Below are positions 1-9,479 of a DNA stretch of 54,871 bases, in pieces. The DNA comes from Gemmatimonadota bacterium (GTDB lineage Bacteria > Gemmatimonadota > Gemmatimonadetes > Gemmatimonadales > JACORV01). The position numbers were made by a program, and so were the translations under genes. The stretch is from contig JBGPHD010000002.1 of assembly GCA_041484135.1 (NCBI GenBank), positions 1 to 54,871 on the forward strand, given 5' to 3'. The notes beneath the pieces are model-generated. The model saw only the letters and a list, made by a program, of their open reading frames with translations. It had not been told where the DNA came from and did no database searches. Position 1 is the stretch's first letter, and every line of letters starts with the position of its first letter.

Positions 1-766
1 CGGCCGTGGGGTTGATACGGCTGATGCGCCCCGTCACCGAATCGCCCGCGAGCTGCGCCTCGGTGTGGTACACCGTGCGGGCGTGGCGGAGCTGGGGGAG
101 CCACTGCGCCTCCCCCGACGCCGCGAGCTGGAGCGTGCGCGTGTCCACCAGGTCCACCACCGGCTTGCCGAAATCGACCCGGTCCCCCGCCTGGGCGTAC
201 CGCCGGCTGATCACGCCGGCGGCCGGCGCGCGCAGCGTGGCCGTCGCGAGCCGGTCCTCGGCACCGGCCGCCTGCGCCTCCGCGAGGGCGAAACGCCCGC
301 GCGCGGCGTCGAGCGCCAGGATCGCGTTGTCCCGGTCGCGCGAGGCGATCGCGCCCTCGCGGAAGAGCGCCTCCGCCCGCGTGGACTCGGCCACCGAGAT
401 GCCGACCTGCATCCGCTGGGTGGCCACGTCGGCCCGCGCCGATGCCGCCCCCGCCCGCAGCACCTCGTCGCGGAACCGCGCGATGGGCTGGCCCTGGGCC
501 ACCGGCGTGCCCTCGTCCACGAACATCTCCGCGATCTGCTCGGCCACCGGCGCTCCGAGCGTCATGCTGACCCTGGGCTCCAGCGACCCCGAGAGGGGCA
601 CACCGGCGCGCAGCGTCGCGCGCGTCGCCAGCCCGATGTCCGCCGCGCCTAACGTCGCCACCTGCGGCGCCGCCTCGGCCTGCGCCTCACCCTGCGGCTT
701 GCCCCCGCAGGCCGTCACACCCGCGGCCAGCAGCAAGGCCGCCGCCACATTCTGATATGCCTTCAT
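1..766 (-). CDS. RND-type efflux membrane fusion protein (HlyD-family periplasmic adaptor); C-terminal part lies beyond the window
   Basis: Not in the ORF track because it runs off the window edge. My reverse-complement translation from ATG 766..764 reads MKAYQNVAAALLLAAGVTACGGKPQGEAQAEAAPQVATLGAADIG..., a lipoprotein-type signal with lipobox. Adaptor-like segments follow (TLRAPAAGVISRRYAQAGDRVDFGKPVV). The ATG overlaps the TGA of the upstream TolC-like gene (ATGA, 763..766). The listed + ORF 6..755 is an Ala/Arg/Ser-rich shadow. Confidence 0.75.
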   Translation of the reverse strand, partial: MKAYQNVAAALLLAAGVTACGGKPQGEAQAEAAPQVATLGAADIGLATRATLRAGVPLSGSLEPRVSMTLGAPVAEQIAEMFVDEGTPVAQGQPIARFRDEVLRAGAASARADVATQRMQVGISVAESTRAEALFREGAIASRDRDNAILALDAARGRFALAEAQAAGAEDRLATATLRAPAAGVISRRYAQAGDRVDFGKPVVDLVDTRTLQLAASGEAQWLPQLRHARTVYHTEAQLAGDSVTGRISRINPTA

Positions 767-2280
767 GGAGTCTGCTCTCCCGTGTTCGATCGATCGATGC
801 CCGCCGGAGCCTCCGCACGGCGCTCCCCGCTCACCACCGGGACCGGACGCCCGAGCGCCCGCTCCAGGCCGGCCAACGCGAGCAGATAGTCCCGCGTCGC
901 CTGCGCCTCGTTCACCCGCGACTGCTGCATCGCCAGCCGCGCGTCCGATACTTCGAGCGCCGCGGCGATGCCGTTCGCGTACCGCACCGACGCCAGATGG
1001 TGCGCCCGCGTCGCCTGCGCCACCGTCTGCCGCCGCGCCGACACCAGGGCCCGCGCCCGCACCATCTCGGCGCGCGCCTGCTCCACCTCGATCCCCACCG
1101 ACTCGCGCGTCTGCGCCAGCACCAGCTCGGCCCGGCTGAGTTCCGCCCGCGCCTGCTCCACTCGGCCGCGGGTCCGGAAACCGTCGAAGAGCGGCATCGA
1201 GAGCGACAGCGACGCCGTCCAGTCCTTCCGGAAGTCGCTCCCCGAGGGGAAGGTCCCCGACGGGAAGGCCTGGCCGCCGTAGCTCATGTTGAAGCGCAGC
1301 GTCGGGTAGTTGTCCCCGCGGTAGACCCGCACCGCCTGGCGCCGGAATTCCACGCCCGCCTCCGCCGCCTGGAGCGCCGCCCGGTCCGCGAGCGCGCGAT
1401 CGAGCGCCTCGAGGTCCACCGCCGGCAGCGAGTCGCTCACCGCGAGGATCCCGGCGTCCAGCTCGATCGGCTGGTCGGGCGCGATGTTGACCAGGCGGCG
1501 CACCTCGAGCCCCGCCAGGTCGCGCGTGTTGCGCGCCGCGATCACCTGCGGCTCCTGGTTCGCGCTCTCCACCTCCGCCCGGAGCAGGTCGTAGTCCGCC
1601 GACGAGCCCACCTGGTGGTTGAGCTGCACCCGGCGCAGCTGCTCGTCCGACAGCGCCTGGCTCCCCTCGGCGATGTCGAGCATGCGCTGCGCGAACAGCG
1701 CGTTGAGATACGCCTGCTTCACGCGGTAGACGATGTCCTGCTGCGTTTCCTCGAGCTGCGCCCGCGTCGCGCGCTCGTAGGCACGCGCTCCCCGCAGCCC
1801 CGCGCCGACCTTGCCCCCCTGGAAGAGGGTCTGCTGGACGGTCACCGCGGCGGTGTAGGTGTTCTCCCGGCCGAAGGGGGTCGCCGCGAAGAGCTGCGAC
1901 AACCCGCGCGGCAGGTTGTTCGGGTACTCGTCCTCGAGGTAGCGCACGCGCTCGCCGAGCGACGCCGTCGTGTCGGGCGCGAAGGGCGCCAGGGTCGGGC
2001 CGGTGCTCTGCCCTCCGGCGAAGACCGACGCGAAGGTCCGCTGGTACGTGATCGAGGTCCGGATCTCCGGCAGCGCGGACGCAAACGCTTCCGTCACCTG
2101 CCCGTGCGCCTGTTCCACTGAGGCGCGCGCCAGTCTCACCTCTTCACCGTTGAGGAGGGCGAGGCGGACCGCCTCCTGCATCGTGAGCCGCACGGGCGGC
2201 CGAGCCGGCGCCTGAGCGGACAGGCCGTGAGCGCTCGCCGCGAAGGCCACGGCGGCGGCGATCGACGTGAGGGCGCGCAT
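763..2280 (-). CDS. TolC-family outer-membrane efflux protein
   Basis: 505-aa ORF with signal peptide MRALTSIAAAVAFAASAHGLSAQ. Two-fold repeated helical/beta pattern and composition are typical of outer membrane factor proteins. It sits between a TetR gene and an adaptor gene, with 0- and 4-nt junctions. Confidence 0.85.
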   Translation of the reverse strand: MRALTSIAAAVAFAASAHGLSAQAPARPPVRLTMQEAVRLALLNGEEVRLARASVEQAHGQVTEAFASALPEIRTSITYQRTFASVFAGGQSTGPTLAPFAPDTTASLGERVRYLEDEYPNNLPRGLSQLFAATPFGRENTYTAAVTVQQTLFQGGKVGAGLRGARAYERATRAQLEETQQDIVYRVKQAYLNALFAQRMLDIAEGSQALSDEQLRRVQLNHQVGSSADYDLLRAEVESANQEPQVIAARNTRDLAGLEVRRLVNIAPDQPIELDAGILAVSDSLPAVDLEALDRALADRAALQAAEAGVEFRRQAVRVYRGDNYPTLRFNMSYGGQAFPSGTFPSGSDFRKDWTASLSLSMPLFDGFRTRGRVEQARAELSRAELVLAQTRESVGIEVEQARAEMVRARALVSARRQTVAQATRAHHLASVRYANGIAAALEVSDARLAMQQSRVNEAQATRDYLLALAGLERALGRPVPVVSGERRAEAPAGIDRSNTGEQTP

Positions 2281-2910
2281 CTAGGCCCCCCCGGGCTTGC
2301 GCAGGCCGTCGAAGACGATGGTGAGTTGCCGCCGCACCGCCTCCTGCAACGTGACCTGGCGGGCGACCTGGTCGAGGCTCTCGTCGTTGGGGCCCACCCA
2401 CCAGAGCAGCGTGCCAAGCAGTACGGCGCCGAGGACGCCGAACGCGCGGTGCGCGTCCACCTCGGTGCGGAACTCGCCGCGCTCCTGGCCTTCGCGATAG
2501 ATCCGGGAGAAGAACTGCTCCAGCCGATGGGTCGCGCCCTCCGGCTCCGGGCAGCACATGGTCTGCATGCTGACGCGGACCACCAGCCGCGCGAGCGCCC
2601 GGTTCTCGCCGTAGGCCGCGGCGGCCGTGCCGAACAACGTGACCAACCGGTCCACGGCGGGGCGGTGGGAGTCCGCCGCCGCTTCCTCGGCCTGCTCCAG
2701 CCATTCCTCGCTGAGGTACTGGAGGATCGATTCCTTGCGCGGGAAGTAGTTGAAGAACGTGCCCTTGGCGACGTCGGCGCGCTCGGTGATCTCGTCCACC
2801 GTCGTCGCCTCGAAGCCCTTCTCATGGAACAGCTCGAGCGCGGCGACGAAGATCCGCCGCTTGGTCTCGCTCTTCTTTCGCTCGCGCCGTCCGACAGCAA
2901 CCTCAGTCAT
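2281..2910 (-). CDS. TetR/AcrR-family transcriptional regulator
   Basis: 209 aa. The N-terminal HTH (KRRIFVAALELFHEKGFEATTVDEITERADVAKGTFFNYFPRKE) is a textbook TetR signature. First gene of the efflux operon. Confidence 0.9.
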   Translation of the reverse strand: MTEVAVGRRERKKSETKRRIFVAALELFHEKGFEATTVDEITERADVAKGTFFNYFPRKESILQYLSEEWLEQAEEAAADSHRPAVDRLVTLFGTAAAAYGENRALARLVVRVSMQTMCCPEPEGATHRLEQFFSRIYREGQERGEFRTEVDAHRAFGVLGAVLLGTLLWWVGPNDESLDQVARQVTLQEAVRRQLTIVFDGLRKPGGA

Positions 2911-2940
2911 AGCGCCTCTGATAGCGTCACTAGTGTAATT

Positions 2941-2954
2941 TTGACCACAGTCAA
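2941..2954. promoter_or_regulatory. Candidate TetR operator (inverted repeat TTGAC-CACA-GTCAA)
   Basis: Perfect 5-bp inverted repeat with a 4-nt spacer, 31 bp upstream of the tetR start. It lies in the only AT-rich stretch of the divergent intergenic region 2911..3118. Confidence 0.3.
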
Positions 2955-3118
2955 TTTCAATCCAAAGTCTAGTTCTGGACTACGGTCGCGTCAACGGGGC
3001 GGTTTCATGGGACATTACGACCGAAAATGTCGGGTTTCAGAGTGGAAATGGTCCTTTCTGACCACCCACTCGACGCACGGGTGTTTCGCTTCGGCCCTCC
3101 GCGCCGCATCTTGGCAGC

Positions 3119-4039
3119 ATGCTCGTCGCCCTGACCGGCGCCACCGGATTCGTCGGCTCGCACCTCGCCGAGCGGCTCCTCAGGCGCGACCACGACCTCA
3201 GGATCCTCACGCGCCGTCCCGAGCGGGCCGGCCGGCTGCGGGACCGCGGGGTCGAGGTCGTCGCGGGGGACCTGGACGACCAGGCGGCGCTCCGCGCGCT
3301 CGTCTCCGGCGCCGACGCCACGGTGCACCTCGTCGGCATCATCGTCGAGACGGGCAAGCAGACGTTCGAGCGGGTCCATCTGGGTGGGACGCGCAACCTC
3401 GTCGCCGCCAGCCGCGAAGCGGGCGTCGGGCGATTCCTGCACATGAGCGCGCTGGGCGCGCGTCCCACGCCCGAGGCGACGGCATACCATCGGACCAAGG
3501 CCGCGGCGGAGGACGTGGTGCGCGCGAGCGGGCTCTCGCACGTGATCCTGCGCCCGTCGCTGATCGCCGCGCCGGACAACGCGGTCATCAAGATGCTGGT
3601 GGACATGCTCCGGCTGTCACCCGTCATCCCGGTCATCGGGGACGGCACGTACCGGCTTCAGCCGGTGGCCGTGGACGATGTCTCGGAGGCGTTCGCGGTG
3701 GCCCTCGAGCGCCCGGACATCCAGGGCACCTTCGACATCGCCGGGCTCGACGCCCTGACCTACCATCAGTTGCTCGACCAGCTCGAGCAGGCGCTCGGCG
3801 TGAAGCGCCGCCGGGTCCCGGTGCGGGTGGGCATCGCGCGCTTCGCGGCGAGCGCCGGCACGGCCCTGCCCAACCTCAACCCGGTCAGTCCCGACCAGCT
3901 GACGATGCTCCTCGAGGGGAACGCCACCGGTTCGAACGCCCTGGAGAGCGTGTTCGGGGTCTCGCCGCGCCGCTTCGCCGATGTGGCCCGGGAGGTGTGC
4001 GAGCCGTACGCGGCCAAGGCCGGCGTGGGTGAACGGTGA
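3119..4039 (+). CDS. NAD(P)-binding atypical short-chain dehydrogenase/epimerase (NDUFA9/NmrA-like)
   Basis: 306 aa. Rossmann motif LTGATGFVGSHL at the N-terminus, YxxxK (YHRTK), and a good coding-type composition. Confidence 0.8.
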   Translation: MLVALTGATGFVGSHLAERLLRRDHDLRILTRRPERAGRLRDRGVEVVAGDLDDQAALRALVSGADATVHLVGIIVETGKQTFERVHLGGTRNLVAASREAGVGRFLHMSALGARPTPEATAYHRTKAAAEDVVRASGLSHVILRPSLIAAPDNAVIKMLVDMLRLSPVIPVIGDGTYRLQPVAVDDVSEAFAVALERPDIQGTFDIAGLDALTYHQLLDQLEQALGVKRRRVPVRVGIARFAASAGTALPNLNPVSPDQLTMLLEGNATGSNALESVFGVSPRRFADVAREVCEPYAAKAGVGER

Positions 4040-4608
4040 ACGGGTGTGGGGTGTCTCTCATGGCGGCCGTCGTCACACTGGCGGCCGCGACGCGTCTTCA
4101 CGGCCAGGCGGTCGCGGCGTTGCCGCTCCGGCACGGCGAGATCGCGTTCGCGATGCGCGCCACCAAAGTGAACGACTTCGTGGGCCATGTGGCCGCGCTC
4201 CGCGCCGAGTACCAGGGCACGGACCTCACGAACCTGCACGGCACGATCGAGCTCCGCGTAGCCGACATGCACACGGGGATCGGGCTGCGCGACACGCACA
4301 TGCGCAACGCCATGCGCGCGGACAGCTTCCCCACCATCCGCTTCGAGCTGGTGGGTGTGGACGCCGCGGCGCCCCGCGGCGATACCATCCCGGCCGTCTT
4401 CCAGGGCCACCTCACGATCCACGGCATCACGAAGACGGTCCGCGTGCCGGGCTCGGTGGTCCTCCGTCCGGGCGGCGTGGACGTAGTCGCGTCCATCGCC
4501 ATCGACATGCGCGAATACGGTATCGACCCGCCGACGAGGTTCTTCGGCGCCATCCGCGTGGACCCGGTGACCATTGTGACGGCGACGCTGAGCTTCGGCG
4601 GGAACTAG
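4036..4608 (+). CDS. YceI-family periplasmic protein
   Basis: 190 aa with a signal-like N-terminus (MAAVVTLAAATRLHGQA). YceI-like core (...IELRVADMHTGIGLRDTHMRNAMRADSFPTIRFELVGV...). The GTG start overlaps the upstream TGA (GTGA). An alternative ATG lies at 4060. Confidence 0.75.
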   Translation: MNGCGVSLMAAVVTLAAATRLHGQAVAALPLRHGEIAFAMRATKVNDFVGHVAALRAEYQGTDLTNLHGTIELRVADMHTGIGLRDTHMRNAMRADSFPTIRFELVGVDAAAPRGDTIPAVFQGHLTIHGITKTVRVPGSVVLRPGGVDVVASIAIDMREYGIDPPTRFFGAIRVDPVTIVTATLSFGGN

Positions 4609-4609
4609 G

Positions 4610-4641
4610 AACGAAAAGACCCCGGAGCTTGCGCCCCGGGG
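4610..4641 (-). terminator. Candidate intrinsic terminator for the minus-strand pseudopilin/small-protein unit
   Basis: On the minus strand: CCCCGG-loop-CCGGGG (6 GC pairs, 4620..4625 with 4636..4641) followed by UCUUUUCGUU. It lies between convergent genes. Confidence 0.4.
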
Positions 4642-4665
4642 CCGGGTGACCGGGCAAAGCCGCCG

Positions 4666-4860
4666 TCAGACTTTGCGCGCGACCACTTCTCCGTACTGCG
4701 GGTCCTTCACGTTCTTCCTCGGAATGAAGATGGTCGGCCGGAGCGCCGCCAGCTCCTCGGGCGTTGCGTTCTGCGCCGTGCGCCACCGCCACCCGCGCCA
4801 TCCCAAACCCACCAACAGCAGCACGCCGGCACCGAGCAGCTTCTCGTTGAGCGCGACCAT
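4666..4860 (-). CDS. Small hypothetical membrane protein
   Basis: The ORF has high GC3. The ATG at 4860 is preceded by AAGGGGGA (SD-like). One hydrophobic helix (LLGAGVLLLVGLGW). The track starts it at an upstream GTG (4878). Confidence 0.5.
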   Translation of the reverse strand: MVALNEKLLGAGVLLLVGLGWRGWRWRTAQNATPEELAALRPTIFIPRKNVKDPQYGEVVARKV

Positions 4861-4918
4861 GGCTTCGTCCCCCTTCACCTGTTTGGATGTGTGAACGAGG
4901 AGAAAGGTTGCAATGGTC

Positions 4919-5347
4919 TCAGGCGCGGCGGAGACGCCCGGTCCGGGAGATGAAGAGGGTATCTGCGGCGACTCCCCGGGTGAACACGATCCGGGTGTTG
5001 GAGGCGCCGTAGCCGATCCCGATCGGGTCGAACGTGACGATGGACCGGCTGGCGCCCAGCGCGGCGCCGCCCAGCATCCGGGTGTCCACCGTGTCCCACG
5101 CCACCCGTGTCCTCCGCACGGCGATCACCAACGTGTTCCGGGTGGAGTCCAGCTCGAGACGCGCGAGGGCGCCCCGCGCGATGGCCAGTTGGCGGGTGGT
5201 CTCGTGGAGCACCGCGTAGCGCTGCACCGCCTCCTCGACCGCCGCGCGGTCCAGGTGCCGCCGGAGCCTCGGCGTCGCGATGCCCGCGAGGACCGACACG
5301 ACGAGCAGGACGGTCGTCATCTCGGGAAGGGTCACGCCGCGCGCCAT
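4919..5347 (-). CDS. Prepilin-type N-terminal cleavage/methylation-domain protein (GspH/FimT-like pseudopilin)
   Basis: Track ORF 4919..5635 trimmed to the internal ATG at 5347. The N-terminus then reads MARGVTLPEMTTVLLVVSVLAGIATP, the classic G|(F/V)TLxE + hydrophobic-helix prepilin signature. Confidence 0.65.
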   Translation of the reverse strand: MARGVTLPEMTTVLLVVSVLAGIATPRLRRHLDRAAVEEAVQRYAVLHETTRQLAIARGALARLELDSTRNTLVIAVRRTRVAWDTVDTRMLGGAALGASRSIVTFDPIGIGYGASNTRIVFTRGVAADTLFISRTGRLRRA

Positions 5348-5483
5348 GGCGGCCACGATAATCGTCGGCGCACGGATCTTCGGACCCGAACAACGGCAAC
5401 GGGGGGCCGATCCACCGCGCCCCCCGTCGTGACCTTTCACCCATTTGCGACACTGTCGCGTCGCCGGTACGTTATCCCCGCGC

Positions 5484-6119
5484 ATGAGCGACCCGCTGCT
5501 GACCCTCCGCGAGTACGCCAAACTCGCCCCGTGGAACATCCGCGACCTCGCGACGTTGTCGGGCGGGATCCTGGAAGCCTCGGGGGTCACGCCGATCAAT
5601 GCGGCGGCGCAGAGCCAGCCTACCGACCGCACCATCCGCTTCTACGTCACGCGCCACCTGATGAGCGCGCCCGACGGGCGCGGGACCGCCGCGACCTACG
5701 GGTACCGGCATCTCCTCCAATTGCTGGGCATCAAGCTCCGGCAGATGGAAGGCGCGACGCTCACGGTGATCTCGAAGGAGCTGGCCGAGTCGCCCGGGGA
5801 CGTGCTGGAAAAGCGGGTCGCGTCGTCGCTCGGCAACCTCCCGGCGCCGACGGAGCTGGATCTCGAGCCGACCATCGCGCCGCGCGGCCGGGTGGCGCGC
5901 GCCCTCTCCCGCTGGCGCTCCGACGGTGAAGGGCGTGCCCCACGTGGCGAGTCCGCGCCGCTCCAGGACGGCGCCTGGTACCGCCTCGCCGCCGGCGACG
6001 GCGTCGAGCTGGCACTCCGCCACGACCATCCCGCCGCCCGGACGGGCGCGAGCAGGAAACGCGCGGCCGAGGTGGTCGCGAGGGCGCTGCGCGAGACCGT
6101 ATGGGAGGGGGAGCCTTAG
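5484..6119 (+). CDS. Hypothetical protein with MerR-like HTH features
   Basis: ORF 5445..6119; the more likely start is ATG 5484 (MSDPLLTLREYAKL...). Segments TIRFYVTRHLM and YGYRHLLQLLGIKLRQMEGATL resemble a MerR-type wing/recognition region. The assignment is weak. Confidence 0.45.
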   Translation: MSDPLLTLREYAKLAPWNIRDLATLSGGILEASGVTPINAAAQSQPTDRTIRFYVTRHLMSAPDGRGTAATYGYRHLLQLLGIKLRQMEGATLTVISKELAESPGDVLEKRVASSLGNLPAPTELDLEPTIAPRGRVARALSRWRSDGEGRAPRGESAPLQDGAWYRLAAGDGVELALRHDHPAARTGASRKRAAEVVARALRETVWEGEP

Positions 6120-6125
6120 CCGGGC

Positions 6126-7427
6126 ATGCGGAGGTGGCGCGGTCCACTCCTCCTCAGCGCCATCATTCTCCTGGCGCAGCTCGCGCGACTCTCGCCGCTG
6201 ATGGATGTCGTCTCCGGTCAGGGCCCCACCGACGCCCGCCTCGTCTACCCGTTCACCCACGTCCTCTTCGCACCCTTCACGCTCACCGCCGACTGGCTGA
6301 ATGGCGGCGGCGCGCAGGACCTCAAGGGGTTCCTGCTCTGGGCGGCCGTGGTGTACGTGCTGGCACGGCTGATGGCGAGCGCCGCGAAGGGCCAGCCGGC
6401 GCGCGACCCGACCGGCGCGGCCGGGCAGGTCCGATCGGCGGGGGCGCCGGCGTGGCGGCGTGAGACCGCGGCCGCGGCGGCCTTCATCCTCGGCCTCGCC
6501 GCGTTCATCGCGTACGTAGCGTACGCACCCCGGCCGATCCCGCGCCTCGTCGTGGCCGACGCGGAGCTGCTCATCCTCGATGTCCACTCCCACACGGCCC
6601 TCTCGCACGACGGGCGGCGCGGTTTCGGCGGGGCGGAGAACGCCGCCTGGCACGCCCGCGCCGGGTTCGACGCCGCGTTCGTCACCGACCATAACGTTTT
6701 TGGGGCCGCGAAGCAGTGGCGTATCGACGCGCCTGCCCGCCCGCCCCGCCTCCTCGACGGTGAGGAACTGTCGCTCTTCGGCCTGCACCTCGTCGTCCTC
6801 GGCAACCTCGAAGCGATCGACAACGCCGGGTACACCGGAAGCTGGGACTCGACGGGCGCGCTGATCCGGCACCTCGCGTCCCCCGACACCCTGCACCCGA
6901 CACCCTACACCCCATTTCTCGTTGCCAGCCTTCCCGAGTACTGGCGCAGCCACTGGGGACCCGACATCGCGGACCTGGTCCGTTGGGGCGTGGGCGGGTT
7001 CGAGATCTGGACGGTCTCACCCAGGGCGATGGACCTCCCCGAGCCGATGCGGCGTGCCGTCATCGCGCGCTGCCGCCTGGGCCGCCTGACGATGTTCGGC
7101 GCCACCGACATGCACGGGCTCGGGAATACGGCCAGCGTGTGGAACCTGACGCGCCTCCCCGGCTGGCGGGCGATGGGCGATCCGGCGCTGACCGCGGCGC
7201 TGCTGGCCACGTTCCGTGCCCGCGGCGCCGAGGCGAACCGGGTGATCGCGCTCCGCCGCTGGATGCCCGCCTCGCGACTCGGCCGTGCGCTGGCGGTGCC
7301 GGTGAACGCGGCCTGGCAACTGCGCGCGACGTCGCCTGGGCACGCCGTCGCGCTGTTGGGATGGGTCTGGCTGGTGGCGGGGGCGGGAAGAGCGCTGAGA
7401 ACGCGTCAACGCTTCAGGGGAGCCTAA
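6126..7427 (+). CDS. Membrane protein with PHP-like metal-dependent phosphoesterase domain
   Basis: 433 aa with several N-terminal hydrophobic helices, then LDVHSHTALSHDG ... AFVTDHN, a PHP-type His/Asp motif pattern. The C-terminus has another hydrophobic helix. Confidence 0.55.
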   Translation: MRRWRGPLLLSAIILLAQLARLSPLMDVVSGQGPTDARLVYPFTHVLFAPFTLTADWLNGGGAQDLKGFLLWAAVVYVLARLMASAAKGQPARDPTGAAGQVRSAGAPAWRRETAAAAAFILGLAAFIAYVAYAPRPIPRLVVADAELLILDVHSHTALSHDGRRGFGGAENAAWHARAGFDAAFVTDHNVFGAAKQWRIDAPARPPRLLDGEELSLFGLHLVVLGNLEAIDNAGYTGSWDSTGALIRHLASPDTLHPTPYTPFLVASLPEYWRSHWGPDIADLVRWGVGGFEIWTVSPRAMDLPEPMRRAVIARCRLGRLTMFGATDMHGLGNTASVWNLTRLPGWRAMGDPALTAALLATFRARGAEANRVIALRRWMPASRLGRALAVPVNAAWQLRATSPGHAVALLGWVWLVAGAGRALRTRQRFRGA

Positions 7428-9391
7428 CGTCCTTGCGCGCAGGGCGCCGCCGAGACGGTGACCTCGGCGGGATCGAAGAAGGCGCGCAGGTCCACCAGCA
7501 CGCCGCCGTCGGCTACCAGCACCAGCGCCGGATGCTCGTCCGGCGCGGTCCCCCGGCGCACCGCGACGCACGACTGCGGCGTCAGCCAGGGGAAGCGCAG
7601 GGTCAGCCGCTGCTGGCGGAGCGCGCCTAACCGGATCGTCGCCGAGCGATCGGCGGGCCGGTAGCTGAGCGCGAGCGAGTCGCCGGCGAGCCGCCATCCC
7701 TCCAGCCGCCAGGTGAAGTCGTCCGCCACGCCGTCCATCCTGGGCGCCACGTCCACGCCGTCGAGGTGTTCGGTCACCCCGAAGAGCCCGCCGATCACGC
7801 GGTCGAAGAACGCTCCCGCGGCGGCCATCGTCAGACCGTTGGTGTCCGGCTGGTCCGCCGGGCGGCCATAGCCCGACCGGAGCGCGCTGGTGGCGGCGTC
7901 GCTGAGCGCGTCCCACCGCGGCGCCGCACGGCTCGACGCGAGCGCCGCACGGAGCTGCTCCACGGCGCCCCCCATGGCGCCCCGGTCCGGTGCGGCCGGG
8001 AAGCCCCAGCGGGCGGCCGCTTCGTCCTCCATCTCCACCAGGCGCTGCAGCGCTTCCAGCAGGAGCAGGCCGGCGCGAACGTCCCCGCGCACGGCCGACC
8101 AGTCCTGGGAGAAGACGTCCACGTGGCGCTGGGCGATCCCGCGTAACACCGGCAGCTCCCCGGCGAGCCACGCGCTGTCGCGGGTCGCGCGATAGCAGGC
8201 GTACCCCGTCAGGATCTGCCCCGCCTCCTCGTCCACGGTGCCGGCGCTGGCGGAGTCGATCGCCAGGGAGCGGCCGCGCGCACCGAGGCGCAGCGCGACG
8301 CCGTGGGGTGGGGTGCCTCCCGCCGTGCCGTACCGCCGGAACAGCCGATAGTGGCCGCACACGGCGTCCGCATCCCCGAGCTGGAGCGCGAGGGCGGCCC
8401 CGCGCCATCCGTCGGCTGGCCGCGCGACCAGCGCGTCCCCGGAGCCGGCGGGGAGACTGCGCGCCCCCGCCAGCCGGTCCCAGTCGAGCATGGGGCGAGT
8501 GGCGGCCAGGAGCTGGCCGAAGACCAGGTCCACATCCCTCGACGGTGTGGCCAGGCGCGGCATGGCGCCCGCCGGCGCCGCGTCCCGCTCCGCCGACGCC
8601 GCCTGCGCGGCCTGCGCCGCCTCGTCCTCGCTCGCGCCCACGCCGAACATGATCTCCGCGTGCGCCGTGCCCGCCGGGTCGCGCGCGGGGTCGATCACCA
8701 GCACCAGCTTGCCCACGGTGCGCCGGTCCCGGCCCAGCTCCTCCCCCAGGCGTTGGGTGACGAGCACCGTCGTGATGTCGGCGCGCAGCACCCCGCGGGT
8801 CCCGCTCCCCATGCCGATGGCCACCACCGTGCCCCCGACGGTGGTGTCGGTGAGGAACGCCATCCCGCGCCGGTCGTCCACGCGGATACGGTCGCGCACG
8901 CCGTAGCCGGCCGCGCGCCAGTAGTGCTCGAACAGATCGGCGGGGTCGATGGTGATGACCAGCACGCGGCTGAAGGGCCAATTGGGGGCGGTGATGCTGA
9001 GGCGTCCGCCGGCCGCGTTCCGCGCCCCATGCGGCTCGACGACGATGGGCGCGTGCGAGCCGGCGTCGGCCACCAGCAGCGCCACCTGCCCGTCGCCGCC
9101 GAAGCGCACGCTGTCGGCGAAACCTCCCGGCTCCGGCTCCCGCGCTCCCGCCCGGGCCCCCTCGACCCGGATCGTCCCGGTGAAGGTGACCGGGTTGACG
9201 GTGAGGTTGGCGAGGACGAGGCCCCCGGCCGCGGTGTCCACGGCCACGTAGAACTGCAGGTGCGGCAGCAGGACGCCCGTGGGGCGGAAGGACGGGCTGG
9301 CGATCACGGTGATGCCGGAGGCGGGCTGCTGGGCGGCGACGGTGACCGGCAGGCAGCCGCCGAGGAGGAGCAGGGCGGCGACGCGGCGCAT
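7424..9391 (-). CDS. Secreted hypothetical protein (about 655 aa)
   Basis: Track ORF 7424..9868 trimmed to ATG 9391, giving signal peptide MRRVAALLLLGGCLPVTVAAQQ. The untrimmed 5' part would overlap lemA and is low-complexity. No family is recognised with confidence. Confidence 0.6.
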   Translation of the reverse strand: MRRVAALLLLGGCLPVTVAAQQPASGITVIASPSFRPTGVLLPHLQFYVAVDTAAGGLVLANLTVNPVTFTGTIRVEGARAGAREPEPGGFADSVRFGGDGQVALLVADAGSHAPIVVEPHGARNAAGGRLSITAPNWPFSRVLVITIDPADLFEHYWRAAGYGVRDRIRVDDRRGMAFLTDTTVGGTVVAIGMGSGTRGVLRADITTVLVTQRLGEELGRDRRTVGKLVLVIDPARDPAGTAHAEIMFGVGASEDEAAQAAQAASAERDAAPAGAMPRLATPSRDVDLVFGQLLAATRPMLDWDRLAGARSLPAGSGDALVARPADGWRGAALALQLGDADAVCGHYRLFRRYGTAGGTPPHGVALRLGARGRSLAIDSASAGTVDEEAGQILTGYACYRATRDSAWLAGELPVLRGIAQRHVDVFSQDWSAVRGDVRAGLLLLEALQRLVEMEDEAAARWGFPAAPDRGAMGGAVEQLRAALASSRAAPRWDALSDAATSALRSGYGRPADQPDTNGLTMAAAGAFFDRVIGGLFGVTEHLDGVDVAPRMDGVADDFTWRLEGWRLAGDSLALSYRPADRSATIRLGALRQQRLTLRFPWLTPQSCVAVRRGTAPDEHPALVLVADGGVLVDLRAFFDPAEVTVSAAPCAQGR

Positions 9392-9479
9392 GGGACAGGA
9401 TACCGAGGAAGGCGCGGACTTGCCAGCGGTACACCGGACCGCCACATTCGCGCTACCCCCGTCCAACAGGCCAAACGCC

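Noticed and set aside
6-755. 249-aa + strand ORF at the left edge (and nested ORF 65..652)
   Set aside because: Its Ala/Arg/Ser/Pro-dominated composition is typical of an off-frame read in high-GC DNA. The opposite strand encodes a convincing lipoprotein-type efflux adaptor whose ATG is coupled (ATGA) to the TolC-like gene.
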